This document shows positions 10,201 to 19,124 of a DNA stretch of 26,527 nt, one piece after another; the first letter of the stretch is position 1; each line of letters opens with the position of its first letter. The stretch lies in IMG/VR virus record IMGVR_UViG_3300026546_000017, positions 1 through 26,527 of that record. One strand, given 5' to 3'. A program made the position numbers and the translations under genes. This stretch comes from a virus (Duplodnaviria > Caudoviricetes). The notes beneath the pieces are model-generated. The model saw only the letters and a program-made list of their open reading frames with translations, was not told where the DNA came from and searched no databases.

Positions 10201-11031
10201 GAGGAACTTCCAGCAGAAGAGCAACAAGACTCACCAATAAAAAAAGAACTGGGACAAACCATAGAAGCAAAAACAGTGCTAAAAGACAAAATAAATGCTA
10301 TGGTAAAACAAAACCTAGGGGCAGTAAAAACAAGAAAAAATAAAGTAAGAGAAGCACAAAAGCACTGGAAGAAAACAGGGGAACAACAAAGCAAACAAAA
10401 AGAACAAAAAACAGAAGCAGAACTGGCAGAAGAAGCAGAACAGGCAGAGTTAGCAGAGCTGGCAGAAGAGGCGGAGAGAGCAGAGCGAGAAGCTGCACAG
10501 AAAGCCCAGCAAGAGCAGAAAACGCCTGGAAAGGATACCAAGGCACAAGAGCAAGAGAACAACGCTCAAAATGACGCTGAGCCCCCAAAGGAGCAGAATA
10601 CAAACGAAGAAACACAACAAAACACAAAACAAAACACAAAAAATACACCCGAAGGAGATATTACATCGGGGGCTCAGACAAAGCAACAAACAGAAACATC
10701 TCAAGAACAAGAAACAAATCAAGAAAATATCAAAGAAGATACAAAAAATGAAAAAGTAATCACATTTGGGGAAGAGCAAGACACAAAAATAGATGATAAA
10801 GACAATACAGATACAAGCACAAAAACAAAAAAAGAAACAGCCGAAGAAACAGAAACAAACGAAGATACAGAAAATGATACAATACAGACAGCAGATGAAG
10901 CTGCATTTGCTGATAAACAAGCAGTTACAGAAGAGGATATAAAAACAATGAGCGAAGAAGAGAAATCACTCTTTGACAAAAGAATAGAAGTAATAAAAAA
11001 ATTCATAGACAACCTCCCAGAGTGCTCATGA
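7201..11031 (+). CDS. Large internal virion protein, probable detached N-terminal part of the virion RNAP, with an N-terminal staphylococcal nuclease-like domain
   Basis: 1276 aa; IIDGDG / LRAAGYDASE / YGRP motifs; Gly/Ala-rich hydrophobic stretches; acidic low-complexity tail; single Cys at residue 1275. Confidence 0.68.
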   Translation: MPYSSVEIASKILGAENPGSRIASEDSNDIGTTMQKEDAVIAREKEKVQKIYGNQPVTFSTEEEVAKEEQSDQGWQTGTVYSIIDGDGIFIKEMEGQELRAAGYDASEVEHPGEDHTEREQRNARRLAELWGVPEDSVTTEDVYEQGWKDTTKLAFELTKTNINEKLKLGDTSYYRTHPPVYNNLNIPIQYKIIDKGVYGRPIVIMKNPVTGEIVNQSFDLPGYRMGFKDAAKKAGMKTSDYVEPFLAPSPGAYGSEKKYAYKPKNWDTMTNVQRRAWNERSKKSQNYNQGAFEHAFKSFAGTAGALLAGAGDGLLDYASSISDEALGTTFGNSTLFEDFKNEDIWQRAIGYNDIEEKKNIAAVDQYIKNGDYGKAALHFVSNAKVVAPQMLGYLVPILASMPVAATVWSFDLLSDQKDAYKKATNKDMTLGEQTGALSLNYVTSYLEAIVGGKILGKGGWGVVGKQMKKLFKPFTKMVAPLENKAASKGFAEAAKLAAKKINPQTLTGRIIKRVADAPVAKLSADVVMEIIQEETENIHQEYWAKGGDTKYDSIGKYISEVAKGHVISKDQAISTAVQAGVGHLMMRPKAVAVDAARISGVPFKMVGNHFDRREAANLTREDAAALQVDRAAQEKAANAGHAGTMKTLEALDTAQTKQDLIDSGISSDILQKVKITNGEEIYQKHTDLAENAVKTTIDLVNNFSEDGKSGRDKIATDNQVRTILEASGVETKGKTKEELIDDIGVMTNEQKGRLLAIVDSQGTNKVGGSLNGIAADIKVDTAQQAAHISRAYIAQAAALRKKYVRNKKKTSNENSYFVRRRQKKVDADKLFHNLPKLINKAISKGKTNFSFMDDFSTKSLIKARQDFAGNKDVVASIDTVLKSRKTTFKERAGKADSLINEDGLVGITGEKAKDIRTINDAINQHPTDAFTIATIGDSIDSLAEAKVISKAQQKILHQRLESVSDTSSLVSKFKEEPPTYWVGQLKALKQQEIDLRKKLEELPAEEQQDSPIKKELGQTIEAKTVLKDKINAMVKQNLGAVKTRKNKVREAQKHWKKTGEQQSKQKEQKTEAELAEEAEQAELAELAEEAERAEREAAQKAQQEQKTPGKDTKAQEQENNAQNDAEPPKEQNTNEETQQNTKQNTKNTPEGDITSGAQTKQQTETSQEQETNQENIKEDTKNEKVITFGEEQDTKIDDKDNTDTSTKTKKETAEETETNEDTENDTIQTADEAAFADKQAVTEEDIKTMSEEEKSLFDKRIEVIKKFIDNLPECS
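10414..10496 (+). repeat. Degenerate coding repeats (AELAEEAE units)
   Basis: EAELAEEAEQAELAELAEEAERAEREA; GCAGA(A/G) recurs. Confidence 0.6.
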
Positions 11032-11059
11032 TTAATTGCAAAACAAAGGATAGAAACAA

Positions 11060-14000
11060 ATGGCCTGCATAAACAAAAACCTAAAAAAGAAAATAAAACT
11101 TAAAGTCCTGCGTTTAGATAAGGATTCATTCAAGAAGACACTGGGGTTCGATTTCTATAAATTTCAAGACAACCTTATGGAGAAAATCCTCCATTGGTCA
11201 TCACCAGATGCATACGTCAAAGAACTAAAAGAAGTGGTCAAAAACGATGAAATGCGCCAGAAGCTCATTTCTAAACTGAAAAAATCCAATGATGCAAAAT
11301 GGCTATTTGAGGGAATTGAAGAAACAGACAAGCTGGGAATGATCTCAAGAGCAATAGCGTTCAAGCACATTGTGGCAAATGTAAAAATGCAACAAGATAT
11401 TATCAACAAAACACCAGGAGCAAGAGACATTGACCTTCATGATAAAAAAGGTGAAACAATACAAGTAGCAGCAAACTATACATACTTGGCTATTGGAAGA
11501 GACATTGCCATTGCAATGGGGGTTCGCCCAACAAAGGTATCACCAGCACTAGGAAATGCGTTCTATATGCAGCTTGGGAAAATGCAAGTTGAAGCTCTTG
11601 CAAAGCTCCAAAGACAAACAAGAAGCAAAAAAGGTAGTGGGCAAACCAATCTACTGTCTATTAAAAAACAAGGCAGAACAATCATTAATGGGGAATACAA
11701 CAAAGATCATACACCGATTAAAGGAGAAGGGCCTGTACGGCAGGCAGAAACTTATGCAATCAACCTAAACTTCTTCTCAAATGGTAATAAGCAAGAAATT
11801 GAAGAAGCCTTGGGGAAGGGGTCACTTGAAGGGATTAATAACACAAACAATAATCTAAGAAACACAATGTCATTTGTCTCTGGGGTAAGTAATCTTTTTG
11901 CCCCAAAATTTGAACACCTTCCTTTAAACAAAAGAGAAGATCAGGGAAAACAAACCGTAGAAACAGACGGAAGTGTGAGAATAAAACCAAACAAAAAAGA
12001 CACAGAGCATCTTTCGCCAGAAGGAGTAAAAGCTTCATTTAGATGGGAAAAAACACTAAGAAGCCTAGCAGAAGGGACGATGGTTGTAAACCAAACCGCG
12101 CTCAAAGCACTCGGAACATTGAGGGGGTTCCTTGGCCAATTGGATTATCAAGGCAAAGGGGTTAGGCTAAGAGATATTAAAAATATTGCAGGGTTGACAC
12201 CATATCAGATGCACCAAATATTCGGAACATTCTATCATGAATTTTCCTCAAAAGATTCGGAAGCATCAGACTGGGGGGTTTCATCATCCAAGACAAATCC
12301 AATCATAAATACCCTTGTAGGATTGGATAGCTTTATGAATAAAAATGGTGTAGCGAAGAAACTAATGAATGAAATAGTAGTCTACACAACTACACGTTTT
12401 GGGTTTAAAAACAATGTACTTAATGAGCAATCAGACAAGCCATTCGCAAGACAAGTCATTGAAGGTCTCCCTGTAAAATACAAAATTGGTGGAACCCAGT
12501 TTGGTATATTAGTAAACGGAATGTCAAAAAACTATGGCATACCAGAGGCAGATATAGTATCTGGGCGGAACAAAAATCTTGAAGCTGTTATAGCAAAATT
12601 TGACCAAATTGCACAAAAGGATGGGGACTCACTATTGCAGTTTATGGGAGAGCTTGCAAATGGAGAAGTAGAGCTAAATGGCAAAAAATACAAAGTGCCA
12701 TCAATTGATAACTCGGTCTGGGGACAACTTGTATTTATAGAAAACCTATCCAAGATAAGAGCAGCACAAAGAAGCGGACAAGACGTTGTGTCCTTGGCGA
12801 CAACAATAGAAGTGGATGCGGTAAGTTCGGGGCCTACAATTCAAGCAATGCAATCATTGGGGATCAACGAAGAACCTATACTTAGGTTATTCCAAATGCT
12901 AAGTATGACAGAAGAGAATATAGCTGAAATTGAACCAGAGAAACTAGCAAATGACTTCTATGGTGTTTTTGGGAACGCCCTTAAAAATACGGACATAGAA
13001 GGGAAAATACAAAAACTTGTTGATCTTAAACTGTTCAGCAATGAACGAACCATTCACAAAAAAGCAATGATGGTTGTTGGATACGAAGCAGGAAGCGCAA
13101 CAGCAAAACATGATGTCGCAAATGAGCTGACAAAAGAAGTCCTCAAACTTGGAATGGAAGAGAGGATGACGAAAGAAGGGCTTGAGTTCCTAAAAGAACA
13201 AATCTTAGCGATAAACCCAGACCTTGAAATAGAAAACGTAAAAAATGGAAAAGACTTAGTGCAAACAGCTGGTGTACAACAAGCAATCCATGAATATTTT
13301 TACGATAACTACACGACTGAACTAGACGAAAAAGTGCGGTTAGTTCTTGACGAGTTCCTCGCTAAGCGCAAGGGGAAGATAAAAGACTTTACAGACACAA
13401 TACAGAATAACCTACGAAAAGATAAAAACGTAGTCACAAAAATTATACCTTATGCAGCCAGAGTAATTTTAAATGACCCAGCCCACCCAGATCATAATCC
13501 ATATGACATGAAAACAGAATTTCAGAAGTGGGCAGCAAAAGAAAAAAGCAACCTGAAAAAATACGGAATAGAACTAACGTCAAGACGTATAGTTCTGAAA
13601 GACCAAGCAGGTGTAAAAAATGTTCCTGTGCAGGAAAAAATATTCAACATGCTTACTGCAATTGTTAATGCAGTTCACTCAATAGATGCAGGTCAATTTC
13701 TATTTTCACATGAAGCAACAATAGCAGAAATAGAAAGGCAAATAGCCAGCAAAGATACAGACAACTTCACAAAAGAACAATTAAAAATCTCACTTGAGAA
13801 CAAGAAAAAATTAATGCACGATGGAAATGGTGCAGATGCATACTACACAGAAGTGTATCAAGAAGAGTATCACAACCAAGCAATAGAAGCACACAAACAA
13901 TATTCAATCGAAGTAGAAATAGCAAAAACAGCACTATTGTCAACTGACATGGAACATCAGGGACAAATAGATCACGCAATAGGGTTGGTCATAGAAGCAG

Positions 14001-17000
14001 AGACAAGGCTCAATGAACAAAAAGAGTCATTAGAGTTAATCCAAAAAAATAAGAAATTCAAGAAAGGGAAGTTCGCTGATTATTTCACAGACAGCAAAAT
14101 AGATGCCACCCAGCTTCAAGAACATGACTTCGGTACTGAGCAGGCTGATACAGGCACTCCAGCACGGCTAAAAGAGCAATCTCCTGATGTGGAAATGTCC
14201 AAGCTGGAGGAAGCAGTCAGAAGCGGGAAAGACGCATATATAGACCTTGAATTTTCATTTGATGAGAACCCCGAGAATGGGCAGAAAGAAATATATCAAA
14301 TTGCAGCAATCAATAGTAAGGGAGAAGAGTTCGTCAGAAACTTCTACCCAACTGGGGAGATGGCTACAAAATACTCAAAGGCGGTAGAAGGAAAAGAATA
14401 CCTATCGTTGGAGGAACTAAAAAGTGCAGAAGGCGCAAAGCCATATTCACGGGAAGCAGTAAATCAGGCACTTGAGGAGCTTGATGGGCACCTTGGTGAA
14501 GACTCACTAACAGCCTATGCGGGGTTCTATGCAGACTTCAAGCATATAGACAATTACGAGAACGGGAGAAAACTCCTCTCGTCAAGAGAGCTGATTGATG
14601 CGCACAAAGCAGCACTACATAAGCTCGGGATGGTAGACAATCCAAAAGGATCTACTCAAGGAGAAATAGCCAATAAGCTTGGAGTAGAGCAAGGCACTGA
14701 TAGCAGAACACATGAAGCGATGTCTGACACAAAAACACTGAAAGAGCTATCAGGGAGATTAGCAAAAAATGACACAAGGGGATCAGTATCAGCAATACTA
14801 AATGAACTAGGAAAAACCAATGAATTTCTCGGCGACATAGTAAACGAGATTGATTATGATGCACAAGAAAATTCATTTGATCCAAGAACCAGAACACTAA
14901 GCTTCAAAAAAGGAGCAAATAGAGAAGCAGTAGGACATGAAATCACACACGCAATAACATTGGACTATATTGCTTCAAAAAAAGGACAACAATCAAAAGA
15001 ATATAAAAAGATAAAACAAGCATACAAATTTATAAAAAACAATATACAATTTTTAAAATCCAAATTTGCAAATAACCCAGAAATCTTATCAGCATTAGAA
15101 CATATAGCAAATGATAAAGAGAATGTGGGGATTGCAGAGTTTGTTGCCCTTGGGGCAACAAACACCACATTCAGACAAGGCTTAAAATCTGGGTCTATAA
15201 TTAAAACAATCAAAGACTTCCTCAAAGTCGCAATCAATAAACTGCTTGGAAGACAAAAAGATATGAGAGTTACCAATATGGTAGCAGAAAACATGGGGCA
15301 AGATCTCGTAAAAACTATAGATAAAATCATAAGAGATTCTGTTGACTTCCAAGACGAAATAAGCTCTGGATCACAAAAGAAAAAACAACAAACACGAGGC
15401 AGAACAGCAACAGAGTTTACCGAAAAACTAGGCATGCCAAAACAAAAGTCCAAGCCAAAGCAAACAACTAAGGAAGTTAGAACCATCCTTGAGGAGCTTG
15501 ACTGGAAACCATTTGATGATTCAGCTACTTCCGCCAATGGAATAGGCACCCCTGTACTTAAAAGCCTTGAAGGAATCAATGATTACACTAGAGCGATCCT
15601 AATCGAATCGATAATTGAGAACCCCTCTGTAATTAAAGCCGCCAAGAAACTTGGGGAAAAAATAGATGAGAAATTGTCCAAATATCCAATCTACGCTGAT
15701 AACAAAAACAGGGCTACTGACCTATGGGAACATGCACCATTATTACAGAAGATGAAAACCTATCTTGCCCCAGAGAGAAGCGGTGATGCCTACACGCTGA
15801 ACAAACTACAGACATCAATTGCCAACGCAGAAAAGCATGCAAGACAAATAGAATCAGCCCAGATCAAGCAGATCAATGACCTAACAAAGGGTCTCTCAAA
15901 AGAAGCACAAGAAGGAGTCTTCCACGCTACAACAACCGTACCATTCTTCCATTTATTGAATGATAAAGGTGGAATCGTAAACGAACTTTTACGTTCAAAC
16001 AATCTCAAGGCAGATATAGAAACGAAGATCGCTGAACTAATAAAAGAAAGCCAAATACCAAAAGCGCATCTTCAGCAGATTAGCGAATTGGCACAATTGC
16101 TTGCTCGTAAAAAGCAACCAAAGGTTGCACGAGGAAGTAAAACGATTCCAGTATACAACCTACACTCAATCGGCTTTAGCGAACACACACTCCCCTATGC
16201 CCAAAAGATATTAACACTGCAAACAATGCTCGCAGAACCAAAAGCTATTGAGGGGTTCAAAGAGCTACAAAAGAATCCAGAATTGTTTAAAACAATGGCA
16301 GCTGTTTCTGCTGCGCTAAAAACAGCACATGACAGGGTAATGGTCAATGACGCAAACAAAAGAATGTATAAAGAAAATCTTGTTAAAGAACTTCTAAATG
16401 AACCAGTAGAAATGCACGCAATCACTAAAGAAGATTTGGCGAATGGGCAATTTTCAGAATTGAATGGTTGGAGAATTGTCAGACAACCAACTACTGGGTA
16501 TGGTATCGCAGTTCGCAATGCAAAAGACATAACAAACCAACCAGGGCTTGGCACAACGTTATCATATAACTTCGCAGATATTACTGTACCAAAAGACAAG
16601 TTCATCAAAGCAGATAACTATGTAACTGTTTATGACAGAAAAGGGCAACCAAGGAGAAAGCTTATTTTGACGCAAGAAGAGATTGATAGCATAGGAGAAA
16701 TCAGAACCCCATCAGATGCAATTGTACGAACATACTCGCAAATCGCTGCACTAGAGGAAACTGAATCAGCCAGAAAAGCGTTAATGTCTGCACAATTCAA
16801 CAAAAGGCTATCAACAAGAAAAGAAGAACGTCAATTCGCCGAAGCGTTAAAAGACATGAGAATCGAAGAAGTTCCTTGGGCAGTATCATTCGATTCAAAA
16901 AAAGATGCAATTAAATGGCTTGCACAGAACAAAGAAGCAAGATACAAATACGCTCTTGTGGACAACATGACGCAGTTTAATAATGCAAATGAAAAGATAC

Positions 17001-18154
17001 ATTTAGTCAGGATCGACATGAAAGATCAACTCATGGGATTCGAGGATGTTGTTGCATTTAAGGATAGCGTATTCTTTAGAAACGCAATGTATACCCTAAG
17101 ACAAGTAGTGAAAATGACCAAGTTGCACATGACAGTAACCAACCCAGCAAAAATAGCAGGGGATACTACATCAAACGTAGCAATCCTGTTGGCGATGGGG
17201 GTACCCCCCACAGCTATCATAAGTGCGTTTAAACATGGTCCTGAGAGGCAACGAGAAATCGCTGCACTTCAAATAAAACAAATAGACCTACGAATGCAAA
17301 TAGACGCTACCAGTAGCAAGACAAGAAAAAAAGAACTCAATGCGCAAATGAGGAAAATCAAAAAGGAGATAGCAGAACATCCATACGGAATGCTACTTAT
17401 GGAGGGAATGATTCAGTCAATCTCAACAGAAATACTAGACAAAGACAAATCAGTCATTTCGGGGGTTCAGCATGACGTAGAAGGATTGCTCAACAAATAC
17501 CTAGCCCTTGAAGACAAGGAAGGAAAAACAGATTTGAATAATGCAATAGCAGCACTACTCTCTAAAGGGATTAATCTTGAGACAATACTTACCTTTATAG
17601 GCAAGGGGACAGAGAATAGAAAAGTAGTAGGAACCCTTGGTAAAACACTACACAACGCAGGTATAGGCCTTAAAGAAATCAAAGCAAATAAAGATGTAGC
17701 CAAATACATTACGGAATGGATGACAACACCAGAAAGCGGGGCAGTGAGGGTTGGATCGGCATTGGTAGAAAGTATTGACATTACATCTCGATATGCCCTA
17801 CTACAACATTTAATGAAAAACAAAAAAATGTCAAAAGAAGAAGCAGTCCCAAAAGTTCTTGAGCTCTTCATTGACTACAAAGTAAATATGCCAAAGGAAC
17901 TCAAATACGCAAGTGATACGGGGGTTCTGCTCTTCCCATCATTCTGGCTGAGAATACAGCGATCCGCATATAGACTTGCACGACAAAATCCAGCTACAGT
18001 CGCAACTGGAATGTCGCTTGAAGCACTTATGGATATACATATCCCTACAATTTATGACTCATTTATAGGGGCGAAAGAGCACTTCTTCTATACACCACAG
18101 ATAGATGAATCAACCTTCTTCCCGACCCATATCTTCGATTTCATCCCCAGATAA
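11060..18154 (+). CDS. Virion-encapsidated single-subunit (T7/N4-family) RNA polymerase with DEDDh exonuclease, zincin (HExxH) and C-terminal domains
   Basis: Own AAGGA RBS; motif A EVDAVSSG (D586), motif B RTIHKKAMMVVGY (R663/K667/Y675), NAVHSIDA, motif C MHDG (D921); IDLE..AD..HEAMSD; GHEITH; single Cys at residue 3. Confidence 0.9.
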   Translation: MACINKNLKKKIKLKVLRLDKDSFKKTLGFDFYKFQDNLMEKILHWSSPDAYVKELKEVVKNDEMRQKLISKLKKSNDAKWLFEGIEETDKLGMISRAIAFKHIVANVKMQQDIINKTPGARDIDLHDKKGETIQVAANYTYLAIGRDIAIAMGVRPTKVSPALGNAFYMQLGKMQVEALAKLQRQTRSKKGSGQTNLLSIKKQGRTIINGEYNKDHTPIKGEGPVRQAETYAINLNFFSNGNKQEIEEALGKGSLEGINNTNNNLRNTMSFVSGVSNLFAPKFEHLPLNKREDQGKQTVETDGSVRIKPNKKDTEHLSPEGVKASFRWEKTLRSLAEGTMVVNQTALKALGTLRGFLGQLDYQGKGVRLRDIKNIAGLTPYQMHQIFGTFYHEFSSKDSEASDWGVSSSKTNPIINTLVGLDSFMNKNGVAKKLMNEIVVYTTTRFGFKNNVLNEQSDKPFARQVIEGLPVKYKIGGTQFGILVNGMSKNYGIPEADIVSGRNKNLEAVIAKFDQIAQKDGDSLLQFMGELANGEVELNGKKYKVPSIDNSVWGQLVFIENLSKIRAAQRSGQDVVSLATTIEVDAVSSGPTIQAMQSLGINEEPILRLFQMLSMTEENIAEIEPEKLANDFYGVFGNALKNTDIEGKIQKLVDLKLFSNERTIHKKAMMVVGYEAGSATAKHDVANELTKEVLKLGMEERMTKEGLEFLKEQILAINPDLEIENVKNGKDLVQTAGVQQAIHEYFYDNYTTELDEKVRLVLDEFLAKRKGKIKDFTDTIQNNLRKDKNVVTKIIPYAARVILNDPAHPDHNPYDMKTEFQKWAAKEKSNLKKYGIELTSRRIVLKDQAGVKNVPVQEKIFNMLTAIVNAVHSIDAGQFLFSHEATIAEIERQIASKDTDNFTKEQLKISLENKKKLMHDGNGADAYYTEVYQEEYHNQAIEAHKQYSIEVEIAKTALLSTDMEHQGQIDHAIGLVIEAETRLNEQKESLELIQKNKKFKKGKFADYFTDSKIDATQLQEHDFGTEQADTGTPARLKEQSPDVEMSKLEEAVRSGKDAYIDLEFSFDENPENGQKEIYQIAAINSKGEEFVRNFYPTGEMATKYSKAVEGKEYLSLEELKSAEGAKPYSREAVNQALEELDGHLGEDSLTAYAGFYADFKHIDNYENGRKLLSSRELIDAHKAALHKLGMVDNPKGSTQGEIANKLGVEQGTDSRTHEAMSDTKTLKELSGRLAKNDTRGSVSAILNELGKTNEFLGDIVNEIDYDAQENSFDPRTRTLSFKKGANREAVGHEITHAITLDYIASKKGQQSKEYKKIKQAYKFIKNNIQFLKSKFANNPEILSALEHIANDKENVGIAEFVALGATNTTFRQGLKSGSIIKTIKDFLKVAINKLLGRQKDMRVTNMVAENMGQDLVKTIDKIIRDSVDFQDEISSGSQKKKQQTRGRTATEFTEKLGMPKQKSKPKQTTKEVRTILEELDWKPFDDSATSANGIGTPVLKSLEGINDYTRAILIESIIENPSVIKAAKKLGEKIDEKLSKYPIYADNKNRATDLWEHAPLLQKMKTYLAPERSGDAYTLNKLQTSIANAEKHARQIESAQIKQINDLTKGLSKEAQEGVFHATTTVPFFHLLNDKGGIVNELLRSNNLKADIETKIAELIKESQIPKAHLQQISELAQLLARKKQPKVARGSKTIPVYNLHSIGFSEHTLPYAQKILTLQTMLAEPKAIEGFKELQKNPELFKTMAAVSAALKTAHDRVMVNDANKRMYKENLVKELLNEPVEMHAITKEDLANGQFSELNGWRIVRQPTTGYGIAVRNAKDITNQPGLGTTLSYNFADITVPKDKFIKADNYVTVYDRKGQPRRKLILTQEEIDSIGEIRTPSDAIVRTYSQIAALEETESARKALMSAQFNKRLSTRKEERQFAEALKDMRIEEVPWAVSFDSKKDAIKWLAQNKEARYKYALVDNMTQFNNANEKIHLVRIDMKDQLMGFEDVVAFKDSVFFRNAMYTLRQVVKMTKLHMTVTNPAKIAGDTTSNVAILLAMGVPPTAIISAFKHGPERQREIAALQIKQIDLRMQIDATSSKTRKKELNAQMRKIKKEIAEHPYGMLLMEGMIQSISTEILDKDKSVISGVQHDVEGLLNKYLALEDKEGKTDLNNAIAALLSKGINLETILTFIGKGTENRKVVGTLGKTLHNAGIGLKEIKANKDVAKYITEWMTTPESGAVRVGSALVESIDITSRYALLQHLMKNKKMSKEEAVPKVLELFIDYKVNMPKELKYASDTGVLLFPSFWLRIQRSAYRLARQNPATVATGMSLEALMDIHIPTIYDSFIGAKEHFFYTPQIDESTFFPTHIFDFIPR

Positions 18155-18502
18155 AAACGGCGATACATTGAGAAGAGTATTTGATTTTTCAGGATCGAAT
18201 CTCGTCTCAACACTGCCATTATTTTTAAGAATGTACAGAAATTCAGCACCAACCTTGCTATTGTGATGGAGAACCCCCCATCCAGTTGTCTTGGACTTGT
18301 CCAAGCCGAACTTCTCACCATCCCTCTCTGAAGAGCGAAGCAACTGTGCAAACTCGTACTCTGGATCAATGCCTCGTGCCTCAAGAAATTTTCTATGAAA
18401 TTCAATCAGCCATGGTAGAGTAGCATCAGGATAGCCGTCCCAATGCTTATAGATCTTGGCGTATTCAACGCCTTCAACTTCAATTACACACCTTGTAGCC
18501 AT
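18110..18502 (-). CDS. Conserved phage hypothetical protein (M.TR..I / IY.HWDGYP family)
   Basis: AAGGA RBS; IYKHWDGYP motif common in small phage proteins; 3' end overlaps the vRNAP 3' end by 45 bp. Confidence 0.7.
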   Translation of the reverse strand: MATRCVIEVEGVEYAKIYKHWDGYPDATLPWLIEFHRKFLEARGIDPEYEFAQLLRSSERDGEKFGLDKSKTTGWGVLHHNSKVGAEFLYILKNNGSVETRFDPEKSNTLLNVSPFLSGDEIEDMGREEG

Positions 18503-18514
18503 TACAGTATCCTT

Positions 18515-18724
18515 TTATTGTTGAGCAATATATTGCTCCATTATGTCCTGAAGGTCAAAATGAGCGATCATAGGGTGTTTGTACCCTATGCACTTCTGCG
18601 GAGCAGATTCAACGCCATATACCTCCATAGCAACCATACATTCATCAACCTCCTCACAGAGGTACTCTGGAATGTAACCAGCATACAATATACCAATGAT
18701 CAATATAGTAAAAAAGATTTTCAT
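18515..18724 (-). CDS. Hypothetical protein with N-terminal hydrophobic/signal segment
   Basis: AAGGA RBS; MKIFFTILIIGILYAG; fits the operon. Confidence 0.6.
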   Translation of the reverse strand: MKIFFTILIIGILYAGYIPEYLCEEVDECMVAMEVYGVESAPQKCIGYKHPMIAHFDLQDIMEQYIAQQ

Positions 18725-18733
18725 GTTACATCC

Positions 18734-19060
18734 TTACATCTCTGCTGCAAATGTGCATACACCATTGTTCTCGATAAGAGCTGCCTTGATTTCCAGTCCA
18801 AGGCGAAGACTACCGCCATTGAAGCAGTAAATATCGTCCTCCTCCAATGCAGAATGAATATCCTCAGCTGTATCAGGGGTGGGAGTATCTGGCTTCCATT
18901 CTTGCCATAGTGCATCTAATTGACGAGAATCAAAATCATCAACATCAACATAATAATTGATGATATCAGATTCACGAGCTCCAAACTGATTGGCATCATC
19001 ACTGTTTTGATCAGCAACACAGAATTTTCCATCAATATCGCCGTAATAAAATCTTCCCAT
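18734..19060 (-). CDS. Acidic hypothetical phage protein
   Basis: Start moved to ATG 19060 (MGRFYYGDIDGKF) with an AAGGA RBS; ORF track gives 19159. Confidence 0.65.
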   Translation of the reverse strand: MGRFYYGDIDGKFCVADQNSDDANQFGARESDIINYYVDVDDFDSRQLDALWQEWKPDTPTPDTAEDIHSALEEDDIYCFNGGSLRLGLEIKAALIENNGVCTFAAEM

Positions 19061-19084
19061 TATTTTTCCTTTAAAATAATTCTG

Positions 19085-19120
19085 GAACCCCCATGCACAA
19101 TAACATTGTGGTAGGGGTTC
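19085..19120. promoter_or_regulatory. Intergenic long hairpin GAACCCC..CACAAT-AAC-ATTGTG..GGGGTTC
   Basis: Outer 7-bp and inner 6-bp perfect stems within a 64-bp intergenic gap. Confidence 0.5.
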
Positions 19121-19124
19121 TAAA

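Noticed and set aside
11020-11062. Programmed frameshift, readthrough or assembly error fusing the two vRNAP parts
   Set aside because: Different frames, stops in both relevant frames, and the downstream ORF has its own strong RBS
17197-17208. 12-bp palindrome GGGGGTACCCCC
   Set aside because: Single copy inside a CDS (MGVPP); at most a one-mismatch variant of the heptamer
647-17871. Many minus-strand ORFs of 60-200 aa under the structural genes
   Set aside because: Shadow ORFs of the A-rich coding strand (F/S/L/V/C-rich, no RBS) lying opposite well-supported genes
18335-18344. GCGAAGCAAC, resembling part of an N4 early promoter
   Set aside because: The upstream arm does not pair beyond 2 bp and it lies inside a CDS; probably chance
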